This document shows, piece after piece, positions 28,315 through 39,182 of a DNA stretch of 50,682 nucleotides (position 1 is its first letter; each line of letters starts with the position of its first letter). The position numbers were made by a program, and so were the translations under genes. The notes under the pieces are model-generated. The model saw nothing but the letters and a program-made list of their open reading frames with translations. It did not search any database and had not been told where the DNA came from. This DNA is from Promethearchaeota archaeon (GTDB lineage Archaea; Asgardarchaeota; Lokiarchaeia; Sigyniarchaeales; SOKP01): positions 1-50,682 of the forward strand of contig JAEOTZ010000059.1 of assembly GCA_016839585.1 (NCBI GenBank), given 5' to 3'.

Positions 28315-30822
28315 CTAATATTTTATAATTCCTTTTTCTAGATCATCCTTCCTATGTTTTCCAATTGAATTTCCATTTATTATTATTTCAACTGGAATGA
28401 TAGGTGCTTCTCTTGCTTTTATTAAGATACTAGTCTTACCAGATATTTGTTCAAATATAATACTAACAAATTTTTCATTAAATTCAAAGTTTTTTATGAG
28501 TAAACCATCAATTCCAAAAATTAATTTTTCTTTAAAGTCTATAAATAAATCACCAAAGTGTTTCTTTACGTATGCTGTAGCCATTGATGCGGTTCCTACT
28601 CCCCAATCAAAGGTAATTTGACCAGGAACTCTAAAATCACTTCCGGTGTGACCATAGTTTTCATACATACAACCCTTATCTACACTTTTAATAGTATCTA
28701 TTTCTTTTATATTACCGGGGCATTGTTCTTCATATTCTTTAAGTAATTGTAATACCCAGGATGCTCTTAGAGCTGCTATCCCTCTTTCCATATATTCTTC
28801 CTTACCAGTTAATAAATAATATTCCATATACGTGCGAACAAATAAACCTTGTCGAGCGTCATTTAGTTCAGCATCAGCATTTTGAGACCCAAACCCTCCA
28901 AAAGTGTTAATATTGAGATAAGGTATGTTCCATATTTGTTGAAATAGTGATAATACTGTTATTACACGTTCTCCAGCTTCTAAATAATAATTTTTCTTGG
29001 TAATCTTATATAATTCTTTAAATCCCTCAGCACACCAATATATGCATAATGTATTCATTACGTGACTCTTTGTATAAGTATCGTAAGTATCAAGGGGTAA
29101 TTGAGTACAGCTGAAAAATGGTTCAAAATCATGCCATTTGTCTTCTGGAATTACCTTTTTAATTATATATTGAGCAATTTTTTCACAAATCTGAAGGATT
29201 CTTTCATCTTCATTATTTTTATAGTATTCTAATAAGAACATCATTGGGGCTCCAGAACTTGCAGAACTATTTAATTCTTCTTTAATAATTGGTTCATTCT
29301 TATCAAAATCGAAATAAATATATGCTGGAATAGCTCCATTTTCTAATTGAAGCTTTTCTATTAATTCTATTAATTCTTTGCTCTTGCTCAGAATGTTTAG
29401 ATTCTGTTCATTAAAGTCTTTTCTAAATTTTAATGCCCAATACATTGTTAAACATGAATCTACTACGTGATAATCATCACTATAACGGTAACCTTTTAAA
29501 CCATTAATGGTAGATATAATGTTCGAATTAATAGAAGCTGGAAAAATCACACTTGGAAATACACCATTTACTCGAGGTATGAATAATACTGTATTTAATA
29601 TTCTTTTTGCTTTATCAATAAGATTATCATTATTCCATAACTCTCCAAAATATCTGAAACTATATGCTGTTCTAATATTTAGAAACCAAGCATTATACCA
29701 AATTTCTGCTGTTCTGGGGACAAAAGCAACTCGTCGGGTGTGCTTATCAAATTTTATTACTTTTACAGGATCGAAAATAAGATCATTTAACGTTTCATGT
29801 AATTTTGAGTCTGAGCTAGCGGTTTCAGCCGTATTTTTTTTCCTATAATCCTCTAACATATCAGGTTTTATGAACTCAATAGGTTTTTTTTTCCTACCTG
29901 CCCATGTTCTCTGCCAAATTCCTCCACATTTCTTATTGTTAATGATGAAATTTCCCCAGTATTTATGTCTTTCAAAAATGGCTTTAAAACCTTCATCAAC
30001 ATTTCTTTCATATGGAAGAACTTGAGGATGTAGATTTTCATATAATAACTTTCTGCCAAATTTTTCCCAAAGAAAATTATTTATAAATTTCAGAATTTCG
30101 GATTCTGTTTTCTCAAAGAAAAATAATAAATAATATCTAAATATTAAATCCGTATTTTCCTCAACTTTCCATTCATTATGTGGGTCATGTTTGAATAGAG
30201 TATGATTAACTGGCTTATAATTTCCAAATCCATATGATAACTGAGGAATCCCCTTAAAATCTCTTGGTTTCAAATTAAAATCAATGAAAGTTTGAAAAGG
30301 ACGATTTTCTCCAAGAGTTTTTAAATCAGGAATGAAGGCAAACGCATGTTTTCCCTTTCTATATATTATAACTGGAGAACGATAGACATGATCTCCAATA
30401 ACAAAATAATCTCCTGGGCTGAGGTGAGGGGTCCAGGTAAAATCAGGATAATTTTCTAACAGGATCGCATAATTAACAAGGATTTTTGATAAAAATTGGG
30501 TTTTTTTATTAGAAAGCTTATATCTAATATGAATAATATTATTCTCTTCAAGACAATAATCTAAGTCTAGTAAAAAATCTTCATTATCTAATTCATAATA
30601 TAATTTCTTTTTGGTTCTTTTCCTATAAGACAATGACTTTGAATACGCTATATCTTTTATCCAAATATTCAATGTGCTGAAACCGTCATTACTACCAATT
30701 ATAGGAATCCAATGATTTCCATCTTTTATCTCTATTCTTTCAGATGTTATATTTTCTTTATGATCTATAATAACTCTAATACTCTCTTTTTCTAGAATCT
30801 CTTGACTTAATTTAAACACCAA
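28315..30822 (-). CDS. Large hypothetical protein, probable (alpha/alpha)-barrel glycoside hydrolase-like
   Basis: Repeated YxxTxxxxYLxxA/G helical-hairpin motifs; acidic motifs DFEPFFSC, DAELNDARQ and ENYGH. Confidence 0.6.
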   Translation of the reverse strand: MVFKLSQEILEKESIRVIIDHKENITSERIEIKDGNHWIPIIGSNDGFSTLNIWIKDIAYSKSLSYRKRTKKKLYYELDNEDFLLDLDYCLEENNIIHIRYKLSNKKTQFLSKILVNYAILLENYPDFTWTPHLSPGDYFVIGDHVYRSPVIIYRKGKHAFAFIPDLKTLGENRPFQTFIDFNLKPRDFKGIPQLSYGFGNYKPVNHTLFKHDPHNEWKVEENTDLIFRYYLLFFFEKTESEILKFINNFLWEKFGRKLLYENLHPQVLPYERNVDEGFKAIFERHKYWGNFIINNKKCGGIWQRTWAGRKKKPIEFIKPDMLEDYRKKNTAETASSDSKLHETLNDLIFDPVKVIKFDKHTRRVAFVPRTAEIWYNAWFLNIRTAYSFRYFGELWNNDNLIDKAKRILNTVLFIPRVNGVFPSVIFPASINSNIISTINGLKGYRYSDDYHVVDSCLTMYWALKFRKDFNEQNLNILSKSKELIELIEKLQLENGAIPAYIYFDFDKNEPIIKEELNSSASSGAPMMFLLEYYKNNEDERILQICEKIAQYIIKKVIPEDKWHDFEPFFSCTQLPLDTYDTYTKSHVMNTLCIYWCAEGFKELYKITKKNYYLEAGERVITVLSLFQQIWNIPYLNINTFGGFGSQNADAELNDARQGLFVRTYMEYYLLTGKEEYMERGIAALRASWVLQLLKEYEEQCPGNIKEIDTIKSVDKGCMYENYGHTGSDFRVPGQITFDWGVGTASMATAYVKKHFGDLFIDFKEKLIFGIDGLLIKNFEFNEKFVSIIFEQISGKTSILIKAREAPIIPVEIIINGNSIGKHRKDDLEKGIIKY

Positions 30823-30887
30823 TAAGTTTTTTAATTAATTTATAATAAAAGAAAAAATAAAAGATAAAATAAATATTTTAAATATTT

Positions 30888-31910
30888 ATGATTCCTTCGA
30901 TTGAGTGGGTTAATAACAAGATTAAGATGATTGATCAAACTCAGCTACCCCATGAACTTAAATTCCTTGAGTTTGATAATTATAGAGGTGTCGCAACTGC
31001 TATTAAAATTATGAATATAAGAGGAGCACCAGCTATAGGTGTCGCTGCAGCTATGGGATTGGCCCTTGCGACTATTGAATATAAATTATTGCCAAAAGAA
31101 AAGTTTATTGAAAAAATGGGCGATGCTGCGGATGTTATAAGAAATACTAGACCAACAGCTTCAAATTTATTTTGGGCAATAGATAGAATTTGGAAAATAA
31201 TAAGCGAATATCCAGACAATCCAGAAAATTTATCTGAACTTGTAATAGAGGAAGCTCAACTTATGGCACAAGAGGATATTAATGTTAATAAAGCTATCGG
31301 TAAAAATGGAGCTACTTTATTAAAAAATGGAGATACTGTATTGACTCATTGTAATGCTGGCTCTCTAGCAACTGTCCAATATGGAACGGCTTTAGCTCCT
31401 GTTAGAGCTGCAATAGAGGAGGGGAAAAGAATTAGCGTGATCGCTGATGAAACAAGACCTCGATTACAAGGAGCAAGATTAACTGCTTACGAACTTCAAT
31501 ACGATAAGATACCAGTTAATGTAATTTCAGATACCTCTTCAGGATTATTAATGCGATTAGGTAAAATTAATAAAGTTATAGTAGGAACAGATAGAGTCAC
31601 TTCAGACGCAATTTTTAATAAAATTGGAACATATTTAGTTGCATTAGCAGCAAATGATAATGATATACCATTTTATGTAGCAGCTCCTACCTCCACACTT
31701 TCACTCCAAGAAACTGTTGATGATGTTACAATTGAGCAACGGAACAGTAGTGAAGTTAGCAATGTATTAGGAAAAGTTAAAATTGTGCCCGATGGAGTTA
31801 AATGCTTAAATTATGCATTCGATATTACTCCTTTTAGATTGGTTACAGGAATAATTACTGAAGATGGTGTATTTACACCTGAGGAACTCTTAAATAAATA
31901 TAAAAACTGA
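30888..31910 (+). CDS. mtnA: S-methyl-5-thioribose-1-phosphate isomerase (eIF2B-alpha-like family)
   Basis: DQT.LP, IRGAPAIG, TRPTA.NL, THCNAG.LAT, DETRP.LQGARLT, NKIGTY, FDITP. Confidence 0.92.
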   Translation: MIPSIEWVNNKIKMIDQTQLPHELKFLEFDNYRGVATAIKIMNIRGAPAIGVAAAMGLALATIEYKLLPKEKFIEKMGDAADVIRNTRPTASNLFWAIDRIWKIISEYPDNPENLSELVIEEAQLMAQEDINVNKAIGKNGATLLKNGDTVLTHCNAGSLATVQYGTALAPVRAAIEEGKRISVIADETRPRLQGARLTAYELQYDKIPVNVISDTSSGLLMRLGKINKVIVGTDRVTSDAIFNKIGTYLVALAANDNDIPFYVAAPTSTLSLQETVDDVTIEQRNSSEVSNVLGKVKIVPDGVKCLNYAFDITPFRLVTGIITEDGVFTPEELLNKYKN

Positions 31911-31927
31911 TTTAATTCTTAAATTAT

Positions 31928-32914
31928 TTACATATTATTTAATACCAGTTCAAGTTGCTTAAGATTCTTAGTATTACTTATCTGTCTTCTTATAATCGCA
32001 GAATTTTTTATACTTTTTGCAAGCCATATAGAATTCCTTTTAAGTTCCATGAATTTATACTCATTAATATTGCGAGGTAGTATAATTCCATTCAGAAATT
32101 CATCCAAGCATCTCTTATAAATTTCGATGTTTTGTAACATTTTTTCTTTATCATTTCTAAAGAGAATTTCTTTTCCTTTAGTAAAGTATTCATGTATTTG
32201 ATCAAAAATTTGAGGATTTCCCATAGATTCTCTTCCAATCATTAAAGCATCAACATTGGTATAATCAATAAAATAATTAGCCTCGATGGGACTAGCAATA
32301 TCCCCATTCCCTACTAAAGGAATAGTTAAGTTTTCCTTTAATTTTTTTACGATGTCTAAATTTAAAGGATTGTGTTCAAAAAAACTCTTAACGGTTCTAG
32401 CATGGACAGTTAAAAAATCGATCCCAGAATTGTTTGCTATTTCAGCTAATTCTTTGATATTATTCGAATCCTCAAAACCTATTCTAATCTTAAGAGAGAC
32501 AGGTTTGGAAGAGTTTTTTACTGCAATTTTTACCAAATTCTCAAGTCTTTCTAAATCTTTTAATAAATATCCTCCTTCTTTAGCTTTAATTGCTCTTTTG
32601 GAAGGACAACCGGCATTTATATCTAACACGTCAAATTTATAGCTTTCAAGATAATCTATAGATTTCTTAAGAGATCTAGGATCAGAACTAATTAATTGAA
32701 CACTAATTGGTCTCTCCTTTTCAATCTTACATAAATCATCAACGATAGTTTCTGGATTCTTTTCAATTCGCTTAGTATATAACATAGGAACACAAACTAA
32801 ACCTATTTTTTGAAATTTTCTGCAAAATCTTCTATAGGGACTAGTAGTTACATTTTGCATTGGAGCTAAAATGTACCTATTCTCTAAATAAAGTGTTCCT
32901 AATTTCATTTTCAT
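31928..32914 (-). CDS. dus: tRNA-dihydrouridine synthase family protein
   Basis: LAPM, DINAGCP (catalytic Cys), KIRIG, VHART, GNGDI, MIGR. Confidence 0.9.
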   Translation of the reverse strand: MKMKLGTLYLENRYILAPMQNVTTSPYRRFCRKFQKIGLVCVPMLYTKRIEKNPETIVDDLCKIEKERPISVQLISSDPRSLKKSIDYLESYKFDVLDINAGCPSKRAIKAKEGGYLLKDLERLENLVKIAVKNSSKPVSLKIRIGFEDSNNIKELAEIANNSGIDFLTVHARTVKSFFEHNPLNLDIVKKLKENLTIPLVGNGDIASPIEANYFIDYTNVDALMIGRESMGNPQIFDQIHEYFTKGKEILFRNDKEKMLQNIEIYKRCLDEFLNGIILPRNINEYKFMELKRNSIWLAKSIKNSAIIRRQISNTKNLKQLELVLNNM

Positions 32915-33015
32915 GCTTTTATATCTAAATAATTATTTACAAATTATAATCAAGAAATTTTTTATAAAACAAAATTTAGTATAATTAAATAAATCTACTG
33001 AATTTAAATTATAAA

Positions 33016-33525
33016 ATGTCTGATTATATTAAAGAATTTGAATTTGAAAAGGAGCCTAAAGAAATAACATACATTGAAGGAGAACCTTTAAAATTAAATA
33101 AGGAGTTTGTTTTTTTTCATAATAAAAACTTATTTAGAAAAGAATTAAATAGGCTTCAATATTTATTTAAGTCTTATACAAATATTCCGCTTATCGCTTC
33201 TGGTATAAGAGATTCATATTTAAAAGACGAATTCTCACAAAAATATCTAATTGTAATTTTTACTACGAATGAGATTGTAAAAGAAACTAACCAAATTATT
33301 AAGAACAATTCTGATGTAGAAATCAACTCTAATTGTTTTTTTCTTGAGACAACATCAACTTATATGTTACTTTTAGCAAAAGAATTAAAAGGATTAATTT
33401 TAGGGCTTGATACAATTGAAGATATCTTAAAGCAAGTAATGGAGGATTATTTGAGCAAGAAAAATTTTGATGAATATATAAAAATTCGCTCTTTTAAATT
33501 AGTAGACTGTTTTACATCTTCCTAA
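33016..33525 (+). CDS. Stand-alone protein resembling the GH20 N-terminal (domain 2, zincin-like) fold
   Basis: EPKEI N-terminus and LLAKELKGLILGLDTIEDIL...KLVD pattern; no catalytic barrel follows. Confidence 0.55.
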   Translation: MSDYIKEFEFEKEPKEITYIEGEPLKLNKEFVFFHNKNLFRKELNRLQYLFKSYTNIPLIASGIRDSYLKDEFSQKYLIVIFTTNEIVKETNQIIKNNSDVEINSNCFFLETTSTYMLLLAKELKGLILGLDTIEDILKQVMEDYLSKKNFDEYIKIRSFKLVDCFTSS

Positions 33526-33575
33526 TCTTTCATATAAGGAAAATTATATAAAAAAAAAGTTTTAAATGAATTTAA

Positions 33576-34923
33576 TTATTTCTTCTCTTTCCGAATTTTC
33601 TTTATGAAATATGTGAGAGTGACGCAAGTAAAAATGATGATAAGAAAAATATCATAGCTCGGTATATCTTTTTTACCATCTCCGTTAGTACTAGCTCCAA
33701 TTAACTTATATTTAACTAGGAGTGTATCATTATGACCTATATTTTCAGTTAATCCCGCAAGATAAATATTTTCTTCAGTAGAGTCTAATTCTAATGCGAA
33801 GCAACCTTCGTTTTGAGTTTCGTCCCTAATATGGTCCCATTGGTATTGACCTGAACTATCATAATTTACAAGAGATATTTTCCCAACGTGCCAATGCATT
33901 AAAGGCACTTCTATGTCACTAGTTCCTCCTAAATAAATATTATCTGAACTATCAATAGCTATTCCCATTGCCATATCATCACCAGCTTCTCCCCAAGTTT
34001 TATTCCATTGATATTGACCACTAGGATCAAACTTTACTAAACACATTTGGTTGTTCCCAGATATTTCCGTTGTTCCTACGATATATATATTTTCTGATGA
34101 ATCTAATGAAATACCAGTACAAAGATCCCACCCAACTCCATCTCGAATACGATGCCACTGCTTATCACCGGAACTATTATATTTTATCAAACACATATTT
34201 GGACTTCAAGGAATATTCGTATCTGCTGATAAATATATATTATTCGATGAATCTAACACAATTTTATAAGCTGTCTCTCCAGCACCTCCATCCCAAGTTT
34301 TATTCCATTGGACTATTCCAGAACTATCGCATTTTACTAATAAGACATCTGTATTCGATCCAAAAGTTGCCCCGCCTGATAAATAGATATTATTGGAAGA
34401 ATCTATAGCTATTCCCGATGCGGTACTCATATCTCCAACTACTATCTCTCGAGCCCAACCCAGAACACCCCCGCTTGTATATTTTAAAAGAATTATATGA
34501 GGGCTAGTAAACATAGGTATATATGTAAATCCCGTAAGATAAATATTGTTTAGTGAATCAAATGCTATACTATAGGGAAAAGTCAAACCAGTAACTTGCC
34601 ATGTGCGACTCCATTCTAATCCACCTGAACTATTATATTTTAATAAAAATGCAGACGCTCCCGACATTGATGCCATATTATAGCCACCTGTAACATATAT
34701 ATTGTTCGCAGAATCTATCTCTATGTCAATTGCTATATCTTGCCCAATTCCGCCCCATGACCGCTCCCACTCAAATGTGACATTATTACTTGATAAAGTA
34801 GGATAGGAATTTTTGTGGTTGTTTTCTCTTAGAGTACTGTCCACAATATTAATTTGACTTATTAATATGGGAAAAAATAACACAAAATAATATCAAAAAA
34901 ATTGAAAATCTCTTTATTTTCAT
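33576..34923 (-). pseudogene. SBBP-type beta-propeller surface protein with a Loki-CTERM tail, interrupted by a frameshift and an in-frame TGA
   Basis: Track ORFs 34206-34883 and 33576-34196 are in the same frame, separated only by TGA at 34206-34208. Repeats IxxDSSNNIYLxG...LLKYxSSG..xW run through both. C-terminus IPSYD-TM-KKIRKEKK. The signal-peptide ATG at 34923 is 1 nt out of frame. Confidence 0.78.
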
Positions 34924-35065
34924 AAATTTCGCCATTAATTCAAATTTATTGTTTAAATTAATAATTTAAATGTAACCATTAAATATAAATCTATTAGGGA
35001 TAAATTTCTCTCAAAATTTGATCTTTTAGAAATTCAATGAGAAATAAGTAAATTAAAAAAAATTT

Positions 35066-36781
35066 TTAACCAACAAATTTCCAAGGTTTTTGTCTTTTTA
35101 ACTTATATGCTTTTTCAGCGTATTCTTCAACCATCCGATGAGTATTGAAATAAGCAGCTAAAGAGATTGCATTTTTTTGCCTAAATATCCATTCATCATG
35201 ATTCATATATGTTGGAATAATCTCATTCTCAAGAGTTTTATATATATAATTAGCGTCGACGTCCCAATTATTTTCCATAGCTTTAGGATCAGAATCATCT
35301 GGTCCAATTGCCCATCCTGCTAAAGGATTCATTTTATAACCTTCAAGCCACCAACCATCAAGAACAGAAAAATTAGGAACTCCATTTAAAGCTGCTTTCA
35401 TTCCGCTTGTACCGCTAGCTTCATGGTATCTATTTGGTGTATTAAGCCACATATCGCATCCACTAATTAACATATGTGCAAGATCCATATTATAATTCTC
35501 CATCATCACAACTTTTACTCCATAATTATCATATAAATATTCACCTGTTTCATGGATCTCTTTTATATAATCTTTTCCCATTTGATCTTTTGGATGAGCT
35601 TTCCCAGCAAAAATAAATTGTACATTATTTTTACAAATTTTACCTAATCTATCAACATCATGAAAGATAATAACTGCTCTTTTATATGCAGCAAAACGTC
35701 TAGCAAAACCTACTGTTATTAATTCTTCATCAAGCAAATTCCAACTATGCCCCTTTTGATAATTAATTAGATTAAATTTGTTCTCAATATGAGCATCAAA
35801 AATGTCTAAATCATCTAGTTCTATTGCATTTTCAAGAATATGAGGATTTGCCCTCCAATTTGGCCATTTTCTGCTAAATATTTTTCGAAAAGGCTTAGAA
35901 ACCCAAAAAGGCAAATGAATCCCATTCGTAATATAATCAACCTCATATTGTGGGAACATTTTCCTTGAGATTTCACCGTGTTTTTTAGCAACTCCATTCC
36001 TATATCGAGATAGAGCCATACCTAAAAAAGTCATGTTAAACTGACCATTATCATCCGCATATTTCCTAATTTCTGCAGGCATTGTACTTTTGAATACTTT
36101 ATCAACTAGACTTTGATCAAATCTATCATGCCCTGCAGGAACAGGAGTATGCGTTGTAAAAACCACCTTATCTTTTACTTTTTCAATATCACCATTTAAC
36201 ATGTTGAACAATTCAACCATAGCAAAAGAGCCATGACCTTCATTAAGGTGGTATGTTTGAATATTGTTATATCCCAAAGATTTTAAAAGTTTAACACCAC
36301 CAATCCCTAATATCATTTCTTGTACAATTCTATTCCATCTTGAAGTGGAATCGTATAAAGAACCTGTCATTTTTTTCATCCATTCTTCATTCCCCTCAAC
36401 ATCAGTTGTTAATAAGTAAATAGGTAAAATATGACCAGATTGCCCTATGACATTATATTGCCATGCCGAAACTTTCACATCTTTGCCCTCTATATTAATT
36501 GTAATTGGTTTTGGTACCTTCTCGAATTCGTAAAAGAAATTCCATTCAATTTCTCTTTCTTTTTGTTCTCCATATTCATTAAAAAATTGATAAAAGTAAC
36601 CTGAACTATAACATAAACATATTCCAACCATGGGAAGTTCTAAATCTGCCGCTGATCGTACTGTATCTCCAGATAAAACTCCTAAACCTCCACTATATGT
36701 TGGGATATTTGAATCTACAGCTATTTCCATTGAAATATAACCCAATAACGTATTCTCTTTAAGAGATTCAGTAATTTCCAT
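35066..36781 (-). CDS. glgP: Alpha-glucan (glycogen) phosphorylase
   Basis: YSGGLGVL.GD, HLNEGH, FTTHTPVPAGHD, FARRF..YKR, GKAHP, and the PLP motif EASGTSGMK. Confidence 0.95.
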   Translation of the reverse strand: MEITESLKENTLLGYISMEIAVDSNIPTYSGGLGVLSGDTVRSAADLELPMVGICLCYSSGYFYQFFNEYGEQKEREIEWNFFYEFEKVPKPITINIEGKDVKVSAWQYNVIGQSGHILPIYLLTTDVEGNEEWMKKMTGSLYDSTSRWNRIVQEMILGIGGVKLLKSLGYNNIQTYHLNEGHGSFAMVELFNMLNGDIEKVKDKVVFTTHTPVPAGHDRFDQSLVDKVFKSTMPAEIRKYADDNGQFNMTFLGMALSRYRNGVAKKHGEISRKMFPQYEVDYITNGIHLPFWVSKPFRKIFSRKWPNWRANPHILENAIELDDLDIFDAHIENKFNLINYQKGHSWNLLDEELITVGFARRFAAYKRAVIIFHDVDRLGKICKNNVQFIFAGKAHPKDQMGKDYIKEIHETGEYLYDNYGVKVVMMENYNMDLAHMLISGCDMWLNTPNRYHEASGTSGMKAALNGVPNFSVLDGWWLEGYKMNPLAGWAIGPDDSDPKAMENNWDVDANYIYKTLENEIIPTYMNHDEWIFRQKNAISLAAYFNTHRMVEEYAEKAYKLKRQKPWKFVG

Positions 36782-36940
36782 TATTCTCCCAAATTTTCTT
36801 TAATTTTAATTTGAAAAATTGTATTTATTTTAATGATATATATTATTCTTAAAATTCTTATTTTAAATTCTTATGTTTAAAGAAAGAATTCAAAATCAAA
36901 TAACTCTAAAAATTATTAATTTTTAGTAATAAATACCACA

Positions 36941-37690
36941 ATGCTGATAAAAGGAATTCTTTTTGATCTTTACGGAACACTTTTAACTAGTAAAAACAGT
37001 AAAAAAGCATGGAAAAATTGGTTTTTAACATTTTATAAATGTTTAAAAAATTATGGATTAGATTCATCTAAAAAAATTTTTGCGAGAATGTGTAATAACT
37101 TTTTCACTAAACCAGAACCTTCTATATTGCATAAAAATTTAACAGTTTATGAAAATCGGATTAAGTACTTTTCCGATAATTTAGGTTTAAAGCTTAAAGA
37201 ATCAGAGATAAAAGAAACTGCTCATGCTTGTGTTGATGCTTGGCATAATTATGTAAGAATCGATTTAGATGCAATTCCTTTATTGAATGAACTTAAAAAG
37301 TCAAAAAAAATAGCCTTAATTACTAATTTTGACCATCCCCCTTATATTTACTCGATTTTAAATAAATACAATTTTATTGAGTATTTTGATGAGATCACTA
37401 TTTCAGGAGAAGTAGGATTTAAAAAACCAGATCCATCCATCTTTTTTATTACCCTAAAAAAAATGAATTTAGAATCCCAAGATGTTATTTATATTGGAGA
37501 TAGTAAGGAAGATATAATTGGTGCAACTAAAGCGGGAATTAAACCAATTTTAATTCAACGTAAAAAAATAATTGGAAATGATTATGGTGCAAAAAATACT
37601 TTTAAATTTATGAACATCGAAGATTTAAAACAATTTAATTATACAAAGATTTCAAATTTGAAGGAAATATTAGATTTAGTTAAGAACTAA
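36941..37690 (+). CDS. HAD-superfamily hydrolase
   Basis: FDLYGTL, ITN, KKPDP.IF, YIGDS.ED. Confidence 0.9.
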   Translation: MLIKGILFDLYGTLLTSKNSKKAWKNWFLTFYKCLKNYGLDSSKKIFARMCNNFFTKPEPSILHKNLTVYENRIKYFSDNLGLKLKESEIKETAHACVDAWHNYVRIDLDAIPLLNELKKSKKIALITNFDHPPYIYSILNKYNFIEYFDEITISGEVGFKKPDPSIFFITLKKMNLESQDVIYIGDSKEDIIGATKAGIKPILIQRKKIIGNDYGAKNTFKFMNIEDLKQFNYTKISNLKEILDLVKN

Positions 37691-37741
37691 AAAACCAATA
37701 TTAAAAATTATAAGAAAATATTAGAAAAGTTAATTAAATCT

Positions 37742-38404
37742 TTATAGTTTTAATGATTTATTTTTTAAAATCTCTACTTTAATTTGAGAATCCTTCTTTG
37801 CTAAAATATTTTTATATTCCTGCATCTTTTTATCCCAATTATGCATTGGGATTACAATTTTAGCCTTAATATCTACTGCAACATCTGTGGATTCTTCAAA
37901 ATCCATCGTGTACATTCCTCCACAAGGTAACATGGCTACATCAATATTTCTTGAAGTTAGCTCTTTCATTTCTGGAATTCTTTCAGTATCTCCTGCATGA
38001 TAAATCTTCTTTCCTTCAATCTCCAATATTGTTCCTGCCCAATTCCTTTCTTTTGGATGAAATGGTTCCCCAGACTCTCTTTTTCTTTTTATATTATATG
38101 CAGGAATAAACTCAATTTGAATATCATCAACTTTGAAAGGTTCATATAATTTCAATCCCTTTCCCTTGTATTTATCTAATAGTTCTGAAATACTTATCGG
38201 ACCTAAAACTAATGTTGAATCTTTTAAAATATGATTTATTGATTCCTCATCAAAATGATCTCCGTGATCATGACTACTGATAATAATATCTGCTTTTTCT
38301 TCACCCTTGGGAACATTATAAGGATCTAAATAAATAATTGTACCACTTTCTGTTTTAATTTTAAAAGCAGCATGTTTTAACCAAAATATTTCCAAATAAT
38401 ACAC
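37742..38404 (-). CDS. MBL-fold metallo-hydrolase, paralog 1
   Basis: YLDPY, SHDHGDH, YHAGDT, IPMHNW. Confidence 0.9.
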   Translation of the reverse strand: MYYLEIFWLKHAAFKIKTESGTIIYLDPYNVPKGEEKADIIISSHDHGDHFDEESINHILKDSTLVLGPISISELLDKYKGKGLKLYEPFKVDDIQIEFIPAYNIKRKRESGEPFHPKERNWAGTILEIEGKKIYHAGDTERIPEMKELTSRNIDVAMLPCGGMYTMDFEESTDVAVDIKAKIVIPMHNWDKKMQEYKNILAKKDSQIKVEILKNKSLKL

Positions 38405-38406
38405 CT

Positions 38407-39063
38407 CTAAATTTTTAATGTTCTATTTTCTAATATTTCTACCTTAATAGTGGGATCTTTCTTTTCGAGAAGTTCCTTAAACTCATTTAAATCTTTTCCC
38501 CAATTGTGCATGGGAACAACAATTTCTGGTTTAATATCTAATGCTACTTCAATAGCTTCTTCAAAATCCATAGTGTAAATTCCCCCACATGGTAATAAAG
38601 CAACAGTTATGTTCCTTTTTGCTAGATCTTTCATTTCAGGTATTCTTCCCGTATCTCCAGCATGATAAACACTTTTACCACCTGATTCAATTATTGTACC
38701 AGCCCATTCATTGCTTTTAGGATGTGTATTCTTTTTTATTGTATAAGCTGGAAATAATTCGATAGATAAATCTTTATAATCAAAAGAATCCCCAATTCTT
38801 AATGGTTGACCATTGAATTGTTTCAAACTACTAGCAATACTCGCAGGACCTAATAAAACAGTGTCTTCTCTCATTAACTTTTTAATGCTACTTGAATCAA
38901 AATGATCTCCGTGAGTATGTGATGTTACGATTATATCTGCTTTTTCAGCTCCTTTAGGAATATCATACGGATCTAGATAAATAATTCTTCCACTAAAGAG
39001 TTTAATCTTGAATGCTGCTTGTCCAAACCATTCTATTTCCATTTGTGTTTCCAATTGTTCCAC
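38407..39063 (-). CDS. MBL-fold metallo-hydrolase, paralog 2
   Basis: YLDPY, SHTHGDH, YHAGDT, VPMHNW; tandem duplicate of paralog 1. Confidence 0.9.
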   Translation of the reverse strand: MEQLETQMEIEWFGQAAFKIKLFSGRIIYLDPYDIPKGAEKADIIVTSHTHGDHFDSSSIKKLMREDTVLLGPASIASSLKQFNGQPLRIGDSFDYKDLSIELFPAYTIKKNTHPKSNEWAGTIIESGGKSVYHAGDTGRIPEMKDLAKRNITVALLPCGGIYTMDFEEAIEVALDIKPEIVVPMHNWGKDLNEFKELLEKKDPTIKVEILENRTLKI

Positions 39064-39182
39064 CTCTTTAAATTTTATTTATTAAATAAGCTATAAATTA
39101 TATTTATGATTTAAAGTTATTTAACTATAACTTGATATATAACTATCTAAAATTAATAAGTAAAGTATAAGAAAATAATTAA

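Noticed and set aside
34206-34208. TGA as a selenocysteine codon
   Set aside because: Lies in a loop of a propeller repeat with no redox motif, no SECIS-like hairpin is visible downstream, and the gene has a second lesion; a nonsense mutation is simpler
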